Shown piece by piece: positions 34,252 to 47,381 of a DNA stretch of 64,000 nt. How positions within the stretch are numbered: position 1 is the stretch's first letter; each line of letters begins with the position of its first letter. The position numbers and the translations under genes are program-made. The DNA is from Azolla caroliniana (taxonomy: Eukaryota > Plantae > Polypodiophyta), in the NCBI GenBank assembly GCA_043228905.1, contig JBHGNT010000011.1:12710001-12774000 (forward strand), written 5' to 3'. A model generated the notes under the pieces. It saw nothing but the letters and a program-made list of their open reading frames with translations. It made no database searches and was not told where the DNA came from.

Positions 34252-36767
34252 GATAACAAAAGATATATATTATGTTAAGGGAATATACAATAGTAGCTAG
34301 GAGGCTTAAGACTGGCGTTGAACCGATTTGGTTCGAAATAATGCCTTGTGCCTCCTTTTATAGTGTTCTCATGAGTACTCCTGAAGTTTCTAGAATGTTC
34401 CAGAGAAATTTGGAATATACATCAATTTTCTATAGGAAAACCTAAATGAAAATAATATTTTTCGTATTACAACATATAGTCTAATGGTCAAGAGCTCAAC
34501 CCATGTAACATAAGGTCATGGGTTCCAGTCTTACCATATCATGACACAAGGTTGAGAATTGATATATAGAAATTTGTCCGCATTTCATTTGCAAAACAAG
34601 ATGTGTTAGGGTTGGAGTGGTTAGGAATGATAGTGCACCATGGTATATGATTTGTCGTATCTATGGATATCCAATTCGGGTGGAAGTTTCTCATGTACTT
34701 ATTGCATGGTGCATGGGTATCCAAAAAATTGGAGGATAAGTCATGTATTGGACGTCTCAATTCTGGTCTTTTCATGTACACATTTATTTTTAAAGAGATG
34801 TAAAATGTGCAATGTCTTTGATAATTAATCATTTGTTGACATCTTGGCAAAATATGTTAGATTTTGTGTAACAGCATCCTCCGCAAGAAAAGGGATGTGC
34901 AATTCATTGCAAATGGAGGTTTTGGCAACATCAAGGTTGTTGAGTGGGAACTTAAACAACATCTTAACCTTCAATTTAGTCAAATGATGGGATTGGATTT
35001 GGTAACAATCAAGGATGTTATGTTGCTATCATAAATAAGATTAATGGTCTTTCGAACAACAAGATCAACATTTCATATTCCAAGAGGTTATACCTTTATT
35101 TGGGATAAGTTGAAAGAATACTATTATCATATGAGCCAATTATTGATTTAGATGGGGGGTTTCAAGAGTTTGATTGGACATTTGTTGGAAATAGGCGATT
35201 GACTACGATCTCAACAAACAGTGTTTATCACAAGTTGATTGACAAACATAAGTGGATGGAAGAAAGGGTTATAAAATGGGTTTTCGTAAGCCCATTACCT
35301 AGTGGTTTCATGTGAATGAGGCAAGTTGGTGTTCTCGATTGATGCTATGAGCTAAGGTATTCATTTAGAGAGTTATGGTTGGCACATTACCGTTAGGGAA
35401 TGCATTAAAATAAATAAATAAACATTGTTAGAGGAATGTTTTTCTTTTTTCAATGGAATTGGAACATAGTAGGCACTGATTTCTTTTTACGTAGACTTGG
35501 TCATCATAGGCCTCTCATGTGCCCTTCACGATTTTCTATCTCGTGGTAACATGTATGTCAACAAAGAAACCTAGGTGGTTGACTCCCAACTTCTACAAAC
35601 TTGACAATGAGCTTTCTTGCTTATAATTTTATCGTCGTTAAAAGCTCTCTTGTTGGATGAATGTAGTACCTCTCCTTTTTGCATGCACCGCCACTTGTCC
35701 AAGAATGGGCATTTGGCTTGCAAAATATACATCTTATTTACTGCATGCTTAATGATGGAAGTACATTTGCTCCTACTTAAAAGTATGATAGACCCTTCCT
35801 TTGAGCAAAACAATAGTAACTGAAACTCTATTAGCCCTTTGTAACAGAGGACTGAACCTTTGAAATTTGTTATACTAATTCTAGACTTCCCAAGCTTTCT
35901 AACGACCAATAACGCAAAAAATTTGGGGAGATTTATGTGGTTGAATTTCCTTTCACAAAACAAATTAAAGAACTTGGCCACTATATCTATATTTCAAACG
36001 CATACACTTACTAAAAAAGAAAGTTAGATTAGAGGGCTCTCAAGCTTAGTATACTCAAGAATAATGAACAATTCTCAACAGTTACTCTGATTACACTCAA
36101 AATGAGGCTTGCTATATAAAGCTAACTAAGAGTGTCTACATCTAGATTATGGAGTCCAAATGAGAGCCTACAAATACCCAAAACTAAGAGAAATATATCA
36201 CTCTCCCTTATATAATGCTCCAACCAAAAAAATTGTGGAATTTGAATTCAAAAGTTGCTTCGGAGTTCCCTTACTCTAGCAAAACGTTTAGTGACATGAC
36301 ATTGAACTAAGAAACGGTTCGCACACTTGAGCTTGTTACATTTCTAACATTTCCCCAAGCTCAAGTGCTAATGTTCATTAACTCTTTGAGGCTGAGGTTG
36401 ATGTTGAACTTCTCCAATTTGTTTGCTTCCTAAGTTTTGTCATCATATCTGCTAGTTGGTTCTTTATGTTGAATCATGTATTTGATTTTCGTTTCCTTCG
36501 TTAATACCTTCTCTCTATTAAAGTGATAATGGATTTGTATGTGCTTGCTTCTTGCATGGACCATAGGGTTATTTGCAAGATGAATGCTTGTCAATAAGTT
36601 ATCTTGAAATAGAGTAAACTCTTTGACCTCAACGTCCTTTGAAGAGATTCTTGAGCAACATGGTTTCACATGTAGCATGTTCTAAGGCTCTATACTCAGC
36701 CTTAATAGATGATAATCCAATCATTGGTTGCTTTTTGGAGATCCATGAGATGACTCTTTGGCCCATC

Positions 36768-37266
36768 ATTAAGGCATTGCCATTTATATAAGAAAACCAA
36801 ACCAAATCGTTTACGAACTCTCAAGCCATTTAAACCAAACCATGTAAGAAAAGGTAAACCAAACCATTTAGAGAAAAGTTGAAACCAAACAAAACCATTC
36901 ACTAAAACATTTAAGCCTAACCATTTATGTCAAACTAATTAAAAAAATTAAAAATACAATAAATTAAATATAGCATTTAACTTTAAATTAATTACATTAA
37001 AAAGGTATCAATGAAACCATTAAATTAAATATGCATTTAAACTAAATTAATTAAATCAATAAAAATTTATTTAAACCATTAATGGGGAAAAAACTAACCA
37101 ATAAACCTTTAAACCAAACCACTTAAACCTATAAATCAATAAACGTAAGTTTTAGAACCAAACGATTTATTAATAATTCAAACTATACCAAAACATTTAA
37201 CCATTTTAGAATCGATAAATTATTAAACTATGGCTTAATGGTGTGGTTTGGTTTGAGCCAAAACTA
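36768..37266. mobile_element. AT-rich MITE (hAT-like) inside Copia
   Basis: AAACC-rich interior, terminal ggtttggtttgagccaaaacta, flanking duplication ggcccat(c/a); left terminus decayed. Confidence 0.6.
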
Positions 37267-37650
37267 GGCCCATAGGTAATCACACATACACAAATATTCC
37301 ACAAGCCCCATGAGCTTGCTTTAACCCATACAATGGATTCCTAAGTTTACAAACAAAATTTGAATATTTAGGGTTTCAAACCTTAATGTTGTGACTTGCA
37401 AGTCACCATTAAGAAAATCATTCTTTACATCCAATTGATATATTGGCCATCTTCTAGATGTGGTCACTCCAATAATTGTCCTAATTATGGTCATTTTTGC
37501 AACATGGTTGAATGTTCTTCATAGTCAACTCCATAGGATTGCGCAAATCTTTTTGCCATAAGCCTTGTCTTATACTCAACAATAGAACTATCAGAATTCC
37601 TCTTCACTTTATATACCCACTTGTTACCTATGACCTTCATCCCTTCTTGC

Positions 37651-40600
37651 TAACAATCGGCAACGGTTCGGTTTGAACAAACCAAACCATTGTCGCGATG
37701 TTTTTCAACACATATTGTGAAATCACCATCCAAAGATAATCAAGTAGTAGTTCAAATAAACTAATATTACAAAATCAACTTTTGTAATAAACGATGAAAA
37801 GATAGAAACATAGAAGCGGTAGTAAAAAAGAAAAAAAAAACGCAAGGCGTGGAATTGAGGAGCAAGGTAAAGAAAAAAGCTCATAATTTCTTCATCCGAT
37901 GTCCAAATTAGAAAAGAAAAGATTCATAAGAAGGCTAACACAAAGGACTTTCCCAAAATATCTTGTATGACGAAATTGGACTTACAAAAAAAAGAAATAC
38001 TCATAGAAATAAAACTCGACTCATATAGATAAGCTTTTTTTAGGCGAAAAAATAAAAGCAAGTCATAGAAAACCTATAAATAAGAGTTATTCTTAATAAG
38101 AAAGGGGAGAGATTGATGGGGATTTGAAGAAGAAAAGATTTATGTTTTCTCTCTCATACTCTTATACCCTAAAAGGGGATATAGAAAAAAAATCATGTAA
38201 CAAAATGAGTCCATTAGATTGATGATTTAGTAATAAAAAACTTTCCATGTTTCCTCTCTCATACTCTCTTACTTTAACTTTATTTATGTATAAGTATAAC
38301 TAAGTGTTATTCGTACTCACTTACTCTAATCGTTCTTACTCCTAAGCATACTTATTAAGTACTATTCAATCTTCCATCTCGCATAATCTCTTACTCAAAG
38401 ATTTTCTTGTGCATAACTATAATCAAGTATTAATCAATCTGTCATACTATCTTACTCAATCATTCTCTCAATACTATCTTACTATTATTCGAAGGAAATA
38501 TCTCATCTTAAAACTTAAAGTGCATAAATCGTTTAGCCCTAAATCCTTCCAGTCCAGAACCTCAGAGGTTCCGCCTCACGATCCGCACTTACTAGAGGAT
38601 TTTCATGACATAATCAATTGGTGAACCCGACGTGAAAGCGGGTGGCAAGGAGATGGAGAATCAACAAGAGGCTATGAACATGATGACGATGATGGTCAAC
38701 TGCATACTACAAGAACAACGCGTGATTTCGGAGATCAAATCGGTAGTAGAGCGGTTTGTGCAAAGAAACAGACAATTCAATGGAAATGATGTGTCACGCT
38801 ATCTGCGTGACTACAAGGCGGAGATGATGCGATGTGGGATAACGGAAGGATTGCAAGTAATATCCTTCAATCGGGTGGCCACGGATGAGCTACAAGAGAG
38901 AATCCACAAGATGCGACAACAAAACCCGACATGGGGGTCCTTTGAAGAAGCTTTACGAGAGGCATATGACTACAAGAGATTGAAGGAACGAGATCGATGC
39001 GAGTTTGACCAGTGGGTGGCATCAACGAAGACCCAATGAAGGGAAACACAAGCATTCCTAGAGTTCGAGCATCGTTTTGCTCGACTCTCAGAGCGGGAAC
39101 AAAGATTGGTGGGGGAGGATAAAGTCCTAATGTTCGTAAGATCGATCAATCGGAAATAAAGGATGGACATCGAGATCGAACTCAAAGATGATGACGGTGC
39201 AAATGGCCTTACCAAGGATTGGACTGAAGTCGAAAGAGTATGCCGAAGATATGATAAGAGGAAGATGAGAATATCGTCGGAAACAACATGGCTTATAAGG
39301 GATGATTGATTAAGGATAAACGATGTGGTTGATATGAAGGCCGAATTACGATTCGACGGTACCACAAGAGAGGGTGTGGAACAAGGCATCCTCTTCTCTT
39401 GCGAAAGAACGATGGCTAAGGATAAGATCGATGACTTGAGAGTGGAGACCATCACTTCAAGGGTGGAAGAAGGTTTCGGGATACGAGTGTCTGAAACATC
39501 GAGTGAGACAGGGGTAAGCATAATCGATGCTTGCATGATCGAGGGAGATAAAGAGTGTGAGGCGGACGCGATTGAGGAGGTAGCCACGAAAGATGACATC
39601 GAATCGGAGGTGGCTATGGATGAGTCAATGGTGGATGGCCGTATCAAAACTTTCCCACCACTAATTCCAAAGGCAACATGAGACCGAAGAGACGGAAGGT
39701 GGCAGGGAGAAAACGAAGGTCGAAGTTGATGCATACGATGGAGAGATAGCCGAGAAGGTGGCTATGGGTGAAACAACGGAGGACAATAATAGCGAGGATT
39801 CCTGCCCACTAATTCTAGAGACTTTGACGGGTGTTTCCGAGAACCAACGTGAGACCAGAGAGATGGGAGATGACGGCAAGGAAGGTAAAGTCGGAAGCTG
39901 GTTCGGATGGAAGATGATCTGTCCAAAATTCTGATCTAAACAAAAGTCGAACCAAGTGGAAGTGGATTCGACTTAAATCCGATCGATTGAGCCCGACCCG
40001 GACGGAAATCGTTCCAGGCGGAAGCTGATCGGATGAGACCAATTTGGAAAGAAGCTAATCTGGCTCAACTGGAGGTCGAACCGGTCAAGCCTAGTGAACA
40101 CGAGGAAAAGGAAGCCAACCCAAACCAAAACCGATCGGTCGAACCCGAACTGGAAGGGGGCCGACTCACTCGAAACTGACCAACCAAATCTGATTCGGCC
40201 GAACGCAAATACGGATGGAAGCCGACCTAGCCGAAAGCCGATCAGACGAGACCAATCCGAAAAGAAGCTAATCCAACTCAACCGGAGGTTGAAGCAATTG
40301 AGGCCGGTGAACACGAGGAAGAGGCCAACCATGCACACTACCACGGATGACAAGGGCCAAGAGGATTTGAAGGGTGTTACCGAGGATGAGATCTCAACAA
40401 AGAAGGAGGGCTCTAACATGCAGATTGTCAACTCTAATGCGTGATTGTACGATGAAGGTGGACGAAGTGCGGAGTGTCTTGACCAAGGAGATAGTCGGAA
40501 CGAAGGTGGCACATGCATGAGACATGAAGGGTTAAGCTCAAAAAGAGCACAAGGAGCCATGAGAACCGGTCATGGCAATGCAAAGAGTGAACGAAGAATA

Positions 40601-41968
40601 TGGTGGATCGGATGACGACAATGGTTCGGGTGGAAAAAATCGATGTGCTCAAAATAGAGAGACAAAGTCGACATAGCAAGAGAAATGAAGGATGCTACGA
40701 ATGAAGGAGAGTAACAAGCATCGGAACCTTTGACACATACCGGAGGATGTGCGGGTTCGGAGGGGGCGAGTGTTGTAGTGTATTTTGTACACTACGTGAA
40801 AAACGTATAAAGTACCCGATTTAATAAATATGAAGGAAACGAAGAAAATATGAGCATACATGTTACATGCATAAGGCAAGATTCAAACCTTGTACCTCCA
40901 TGTAATAATTTAAAGGCTTACCACTACACTAACACATCATGAGTGTTAGAAAAGTCGATATCCGCATAAAAAGGTTATTTCACACATATTTTTTAGGAAA
41001 AAGCTTTAGTTAGAAGAAAACGCATGATAGAAAAAAGCTACACATGCACATCTAGCGTGCATGAACACTATAGTCAATAAACAACGCATGAGGTTAGAAA
41101 AAACATGTTAGAGAAAGCATATAGTCTATAGATAGAGAAAGCATGGAGTCCATAGTTAGAGAAAAACCATGGATTGTGAAGACTCTCTCCTCACTATATA
41201 AGGATAGGTGCACAATGTAATTAAGAGAGAAAATTATGGATGAAAAATCATTAGGGTTCAAAAATAATGATTAATAAAATAAATTATGCTTGTGGGATTC
41301 ACAAGTTTTCTATATCTATTAAGGTTTTAAATATTAATAAAATAAATAAACTATACTCGTGGGATTCACGAGGTTTCTATGTTCTTCTCTATCAGTCTAA
41401 GTACATATTCTTACATAAATATTAATCAATAAAATACATTATACTTGTGGGATTCACAAGTTTCTAATAATCTACTCATAATTAGAACCGTCTCAAATTC
41501 TTCCTCCTCCTAGTCCAAAACCCCAGCGGTTCCCACCCGACTCACGCAACGATCCGGCGCCGAAAGTCGCGAAATCACGCTTAATGGTTAAAATGGTTCG
41601 GTTTGGGTTCATGTTCAGGTTCATGTTTTTTTTAACAGTTTGGTTCAGTTTCAATAGTTTAACGGTTTTTTATTTTTTATTTTTTAAGAAATTTTAAATT
41701 TTAAATTTATTTTAAAAGAAATCTTTTCATTTTGAAGCCTTATTCTCACATTTTAGGAAAATCTTTAAATTTTTGAAAATTTAAAATTTAAAATAACGAA
41801 ATATTTTAAATTTTAAAATTAGAATTTTGATCTAAGTTGAAAACTGAAACCAAACCACGAAACTGTGGGTTTAACGATTCGAAAAAAAATTAACGGTTCG
41901 GTTCAACTTTCAAACTTTTTTAATGATTCGGTTTTGACACTCTCAAACCGAACCGTTGATTATTGTTA
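37651..41968. mobile_element. hAT MITE split by an LTR element
   Basis: TIRs taacaatcggcaacggttcggtttga / tcaaaccgaaccgttgattattgtta; 8-bp TSD cttcttgc / tttcttgc; the Copia sequence continues across the insertion. Confidence 0.88.
37691..41575 (+). mobile_element. Non-autonomous gag-only LTR retrotransposon (Ty3/Gypsy-like gag)
   Basis: 5' LTR 37691-38610 (tgtcgcga...tcatgaca); PBS tggtgaacccgacgtga at 38619-38635; stop-interrupted gag-like ORF 38632-39310 (FNGNDVSRYLRDYKAEM..TWGSFEEALREAY); PPT ggagggggcgag; 3' LTR from 40771; no pol motifs seen. Confidence 0.82.
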
Positions 41969-42167
41969 TTTCTTGCCTTGGAACTAGATTCCAAGTGGTG
42001 TTGTCTTCAAGGGCTTTGTAATCTTCTTCCATACCTTGTTGCCATTCCTTTGTGTCTTTAGCATTTTCATAAGTATAAGAGTCATTATCTTTTATAACCC
42101 TAGACATGAAATCATAATGACAACCAATATAACTATCATAGATAAACCTTGAGATTGGATGGTTTAC

Positions 42168-42172
<5 letters not shown>

Positions 42173-42202
<30 letters not shown>

Positions 42203-43921
42203 TTTTCTTTTTCTTTTTCCAAAAAAAACTCCTTCCATTAGTTATAAAAATTTACAAATGAGATTATTATGTACAAATCCTTGTAAGGACGCGATAGTTC
42301 CATCTTATGTGGATGCCCACTAACTCAAGAAAGGGAGAGGACGACCATTGTTGGATGAAGGCTATTCGTTGTCTTTCAACTCCATCAGAGTCGCCCTTGA
42401 GGCCATCATATTGGCTCTTTAGAGTGGCTACAATTTCACTCCATATCTCTTGTAGTAACATTGTTGGATGCGCGGTTTGGTTGGAGAAGACCCGTCTACA
42501 CCGTTGTTTCCATAGAATCCAAAGAGTTATTGGGCTGACCAATTCCACCACAACTTGAGATTTGTCATTAAGAGGAGTTGAGTGGACATTGTTGATGGTG
42601 GAGAAAAAAACCTCTTGTGCTTTTATCACCAAAGTCATCCCCTCCTCCTGATGCTCGTATCTACCAACTAGGGTCTGCCATGATAGCCAACATATATTTC
42701 CCCACTTGATTGAGCCTTGCACCTGGCATAATTGCAACAAGCGGCCAACCCCCCAACATATTTGATGGGACGTTGGGCAGTCCCACAAAGCGTGTCGTAT
42801 TGATTCTACTGCATTTGGACACTCTACACAATTAGGAGAGCTAAGGTTCCCACGTTGTCATTCTCCCACCGGTAGTGACTTGTGTATTAATAACCATTGG
42901 AACGTTGTAATTCGCCTCGCGTGTTGTTGTTTCTAGATTTTTGGCCAAAACTTGGTGATAATTGTGTGAGGAACTTTATATGTGTGCCAAACCTTTGCAG
43001 CAGCCGGCTCTTGGGCGGTTTGAGCAGCTAGAATGTGGCGACCCAATCTAGTTGTGAACTGGAAGAAAGGGATGGGTTTGCTTCCTTGTCCCGCTTAAGG
43101 ATCACGCCATGTCCATTGCAAAGGGTCCCAACTGACCTTACGTAGCCATGTGTTTTCATGAGTACATATGTGCCAATCGGGTTGTACTTTGATCGGATTA
43201 GGATCTACAATCCATTTATGACCAGTATATGCGAGTACTCAAATTGCATTATTCTGTGTTGGTGTCTCAGTGTCTCGCAATTCAGAGCCTTCGATCTTGT
43301 CTGGTGTTCTCGTACCTCTCGGGGTCAAAGATATCTCCTCCTCGTAGCCTATCCATTTCTCCATTGTCGTCCTTTGAGTAGTGGCTTCCCTAACCAATAG
43401 AGCGTTAATGATTTCTGATCTCATAGTCCATCCGCCCCTGATTCCATGGAGTATGTTGGCTGATCTTGTAGTGGCAGTGACATAAACCGTCTCCAACATT
43501 CTATACTTTTTCCTGGACTTTCTGCAATGTATCCCCATGATAACCCCTTACTTGATCCAAGTAGTTGATTAGATTCATCCTTGATACATGGGTTCCATAG
43601 GATACGTTGGCTGAGCCAAGCAGGTTCGGAACTCGGTTAATTGCACTTGAGCCCTCTTCTAATGTCACACCATGCCTTCCACATGGATGCACTGAATCTA
43701 TCCTCCAATTGGCGGGAGAAACTAGGTTTGAGATCCATGTTTAGAATCTATCCCGTTTGGGGGGCCCAATTGACCCCTTTTCGTGGCCTAAAGTAAGCGA
43801 AACGTAACCGCAGTAGCATTTTCCAACAATAATTTCCTAGTTGGAGTTCTCGCACCACAAATTTGGCAAGTAAGGCTTTTGATTATGAGAGTAAATGAAG
43901 GTCAAGAACGGTAAACCAAAC
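42173..43921 (-). mobile_element. 5'-truncated L1-clade LINE inside Copia
   Basis: zf-RVT-like CVECPNAVESIRHALWDCP and ITLWILWKQRCRRVF; TTTC/T-rich 3' end on + at 42170-42220; ~15-bp TSD gatggtttacc(t/c)ttc at ~42157 and ~43922. Confidence 0.85.
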
Positions 43922-46900
43922 GATGGTTTACCCTTCATGACCTTCATTTATCTCCTCATGGTGAAATAAAACTCCTTTGTCTTGGTGATTTCACTTCAAT
44001 TTTTGATGTGGCTCCCTCTTCTAACATCGGTTCATCGAGATCTTCAACTTCACCACCAATTTCATCAAGTTCTACCAATCTTGCTTTTCCTTTATTTACT
44101 AACTCTTGGAGACACACTTATAACCTTTTTGTTCCATAGCATAACCAATAAATATACATCTTTCGGCCCTTGCATCCATTCTACCTCTCAATTCTTGTGG
44201 CACATGTGTAACATATACACCCAAATGCTCTAATGTGTGAGGGATCTAGTTTCCTTAAACTCCATGCCTCATCAAGTGTCATGTCATGCACTATTGATCT
44301 TAGTGTTTTGATGTTGCAAACTGTTTCCTTCTCAACCTGTACCTCGAACCTTTTGCATATCAAACACATCTAATTTTTGCTTTATACAATACAACAATAC
44401 TTTTCTAGAGTAGTTATCAATGAAGGTTACAAAATACTTGTTACCTGCAAGTGAGAGCGTTTTGGTTGGCCCCCATACATCTGTGTGCACAAGGTCTAAC
44501 ACATCAATGTGCTACATATCCACTCTTCTTGAAAGGTTGCCTAGTAAACTTGCCTAGTTGGCAAGCTTTAGACATCTCACGCAACAATTGTAATGAAAAA
44601 TGTGGTAGACATGTTCATAAATGGGCACTTGGCTTTGGAAAAATGTACATCTTATTTACCACATGCTTAATTCTTGTCTTGTATGCAATCTAGAATGCCT
44701 TTCCACTTATGTTCTTTTTAATTGGTGTAGAACCCTTAACCCTATTGTTCATATACGCAACTCTCACCATTTAAGCTATGTTCTAATATTCTATTAATTT
44801 TCTTCTTCATACATTTTCTGCTAGTGTCACTTTGACCATAGTCCTAACATCATGCCACATCATGATAATATTCTCCATTTGCACATGCCACATCATGACA
44901 ATGTCACACTTGGTTCTTCTTCTTGAGCACCACCTTGAGGTATGTGTGTTGAAACATTTGATTGTCTACTTTTTCATTGTTGAGAAGAGTGGAAGTGGGT
45001 CTCGATCACGCTTGAGCTACTAATGATATGCTAATTAATAAAAAAGAATCTAATCTCTATCTTCAATCAAATCACATTTACATAGTTAGTGTTAGCACTA
45101 AACACATGAGAAACTTTACCACATTTGACAATGCTTTATAGAGAGTGAAGTAATAAAAAATCTCCAACACAACATACCTTCCGTCTATCCATGCGATATG
45201 TAAATATAAGGCCTTCGGTATTCAAGGGCTTAAAGGGCAACAACATCAGAAACTCAATCTCATTGCCCTACACCTAATGGCAAAAACAATCACACATTCA
45301 ACCTCATTGTGCGTACACCTAATGGCTTGAGCAATCATGCACTTTATTTCATCATTAATTGATTTTGACCATCTTGCACTACTTTGCATTATTGCCTTCT
45401 TGAACATAGTATATGGCGCCTTTCCTCTTATCTATGGGTGACCTCTTAATTTAGTCTTTAAAGTATCAACTAAGGTCTCAATTCACTAGTATTTGATTGT
45501 TTGGAAAAATGTTATTTATGAGATTTATTATAAGCCATGAACATTCCTTGATAGTTTCATGTTCTCATTAGCTTGAGCTTTCACAATCCTACATTTGTTT
45601 TCATCATTGCCATCTTGAATCGTTCTTCCTATGTATAAATGGTATCCCTTCTGAAGAAAATGGATGATGGGATGAGTTCAAGCCCCAAGATGAGGAACCA
45701 GATGCGTCCTTGCAAGAAAATTGGATTAGAGAAATTAGAGTGGTTCATGTCAAATTGTATGTCTCTGATGCTTGAATGGCAACATCACAAATTATATGAC
45801 ACTTTCCTCTATAACCATTATTCGCCTTTTTGTAATCTATTCACACATGGATGCATGGCGAGAGACTCATATGAACCCAAATATAAAAAATTTCAACAAT
45901 CATTAAATATTGCTCCTCATTTCTATCGACTTTTATAATGTTTCGATGTATCAATGAGTGAAGAGTAAAAATCCTAGAGTTCTATTATTGCATAGAATAG
46001 ATTTATTTGCGACATGGACAACTTGATTCATCATTATCGTTAATATTTTATGGCAACTCTAACTGTTTTTTCTTGTTGCCTCATTTTGTTTTAAGAATTC
46101 AAACAACTCAACTGCTCGATGCTATTTTCATTCCTCATCAGAGAACTTTTTTATTGTTATATTATGGTTGTAGAAAAAGTGCCAAAGGTTTGGTAGTTAG
46201 TTGTCTTACATCACAAGTAAGTTGGTACCTAATTGCAAGCTTAGGCTAATTCTATGACATTATTATAATTTGTTTGTTCGAGTGTAGATGCCATTGCACA
46301 TGGCACCTTTCTCTCACTAAAGGATCAACAAACATAAATTGAAGACCATATCTAAAACACAAAACATCAATGGCCATTGATTATTAGTTTATACATTGAG
46401 TGTACAATCAATTGACCATTTCTTATGATAACGTCTTTCGTGTGAATTGAGAAGCGTATTTCAAAGAAAAGCTTCGACACATCAAAAAAGAGAAGATCCG
46501 ACAGCTCACCTTCCAAGCCAAAGCATAATGTTCATTGTGATATATTCATAAGGCTACGACACTACATATAATATAGACAAAAGGAGTTGAAACCCCAAAA
46601 GAATTATCAACTTTCATTCAGTTAATTATTTGTCAATTTAGAGCATCAATCTCATGTTCAAATTCCATGGCATAATAGAATTTTTTACAGTATTTTAATG
46701 CAAGATTTTCAAATGGCTCATTTTCATTGTAGCATAATGTTCTTAGAAAATCTGGTAGAGTGTCAACTTTGAGCATACACTCATTTCTACAACAACGCAA
46801 TCCTCTTGTATTCACTAATTATACCTAATCAGCTGCTTTTCCCGACTGATCAGTTCATTTCGCTATACAGAGTAAATGTCATCCTTGGGAAAGTTAACAC

Positions 46901-47381
46901 CACATCACTTACATTGCATTGACATTACAAGTAACCATCTTTGTAACAATTCCAGAATATGGCAATGAAATGCTTTCCATCAGACACGCACGCACACATA
47001 TATATATACATATATATATACAACAAACATCTGGTGAGGTTGAGAAATTTTGCCACCCAAACAGTAACTGTGTTAATTTTAAACCTGATTGCCCTCATAT
47101 CACCAAAAATTAATGTCACTATTTTGATCATTCTACCACCTAGAGTTAAAACTCGTAAAAAGAAAGCCTCCAAAAACAAAGATATAGAACGTAACACTCT
47201 TGGCTTCTGACGCTCTCTCAAATCATTGGATAGCTCCAAAAGCTTCTACAATGACACGTATATCATGAGAATTTAACAATCAATTCCTCGGGGGGTTTGT
47301 TTTTTAAGCCTTCACAATCAGTAGAGATGCCTCTCTTTATAAATGAGAGCTCCTGGAAGCGCTTTACAAACAAATGATCGA

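Larger units (their letters stand above)
35560..45600 (-). mobile_element. Degenerate Ty1/Copia element(s) hosting several nested insertions
   Basis: RNase H (HARSKHIQIHYHF) at 36430-36680; RT (KWVYKVK, YKTRLMAK, QLDVKNDF) at 37270-37650 resuming after 41969; integrase/gag remnants at 43930-45600; LTR end and PPT (ctaaca tttcccc) at ~36350. A second Copia fragment lies at 35560-35990. Confidence 0.85.

Noticed and set aside
20280-34540. Functional tRNA genes at the A/B-box-like motifs (including 34478-34535)
   Set aside because: No intact cloverleaf or acceptor stem is discernible; treated as SINE-like derivatives.
38970-40560. Long antisense ORFs (254 aa, 195 aa)
   Set aside because: Shadow frames of the GC-richer, repetitive interior of the LTR element.
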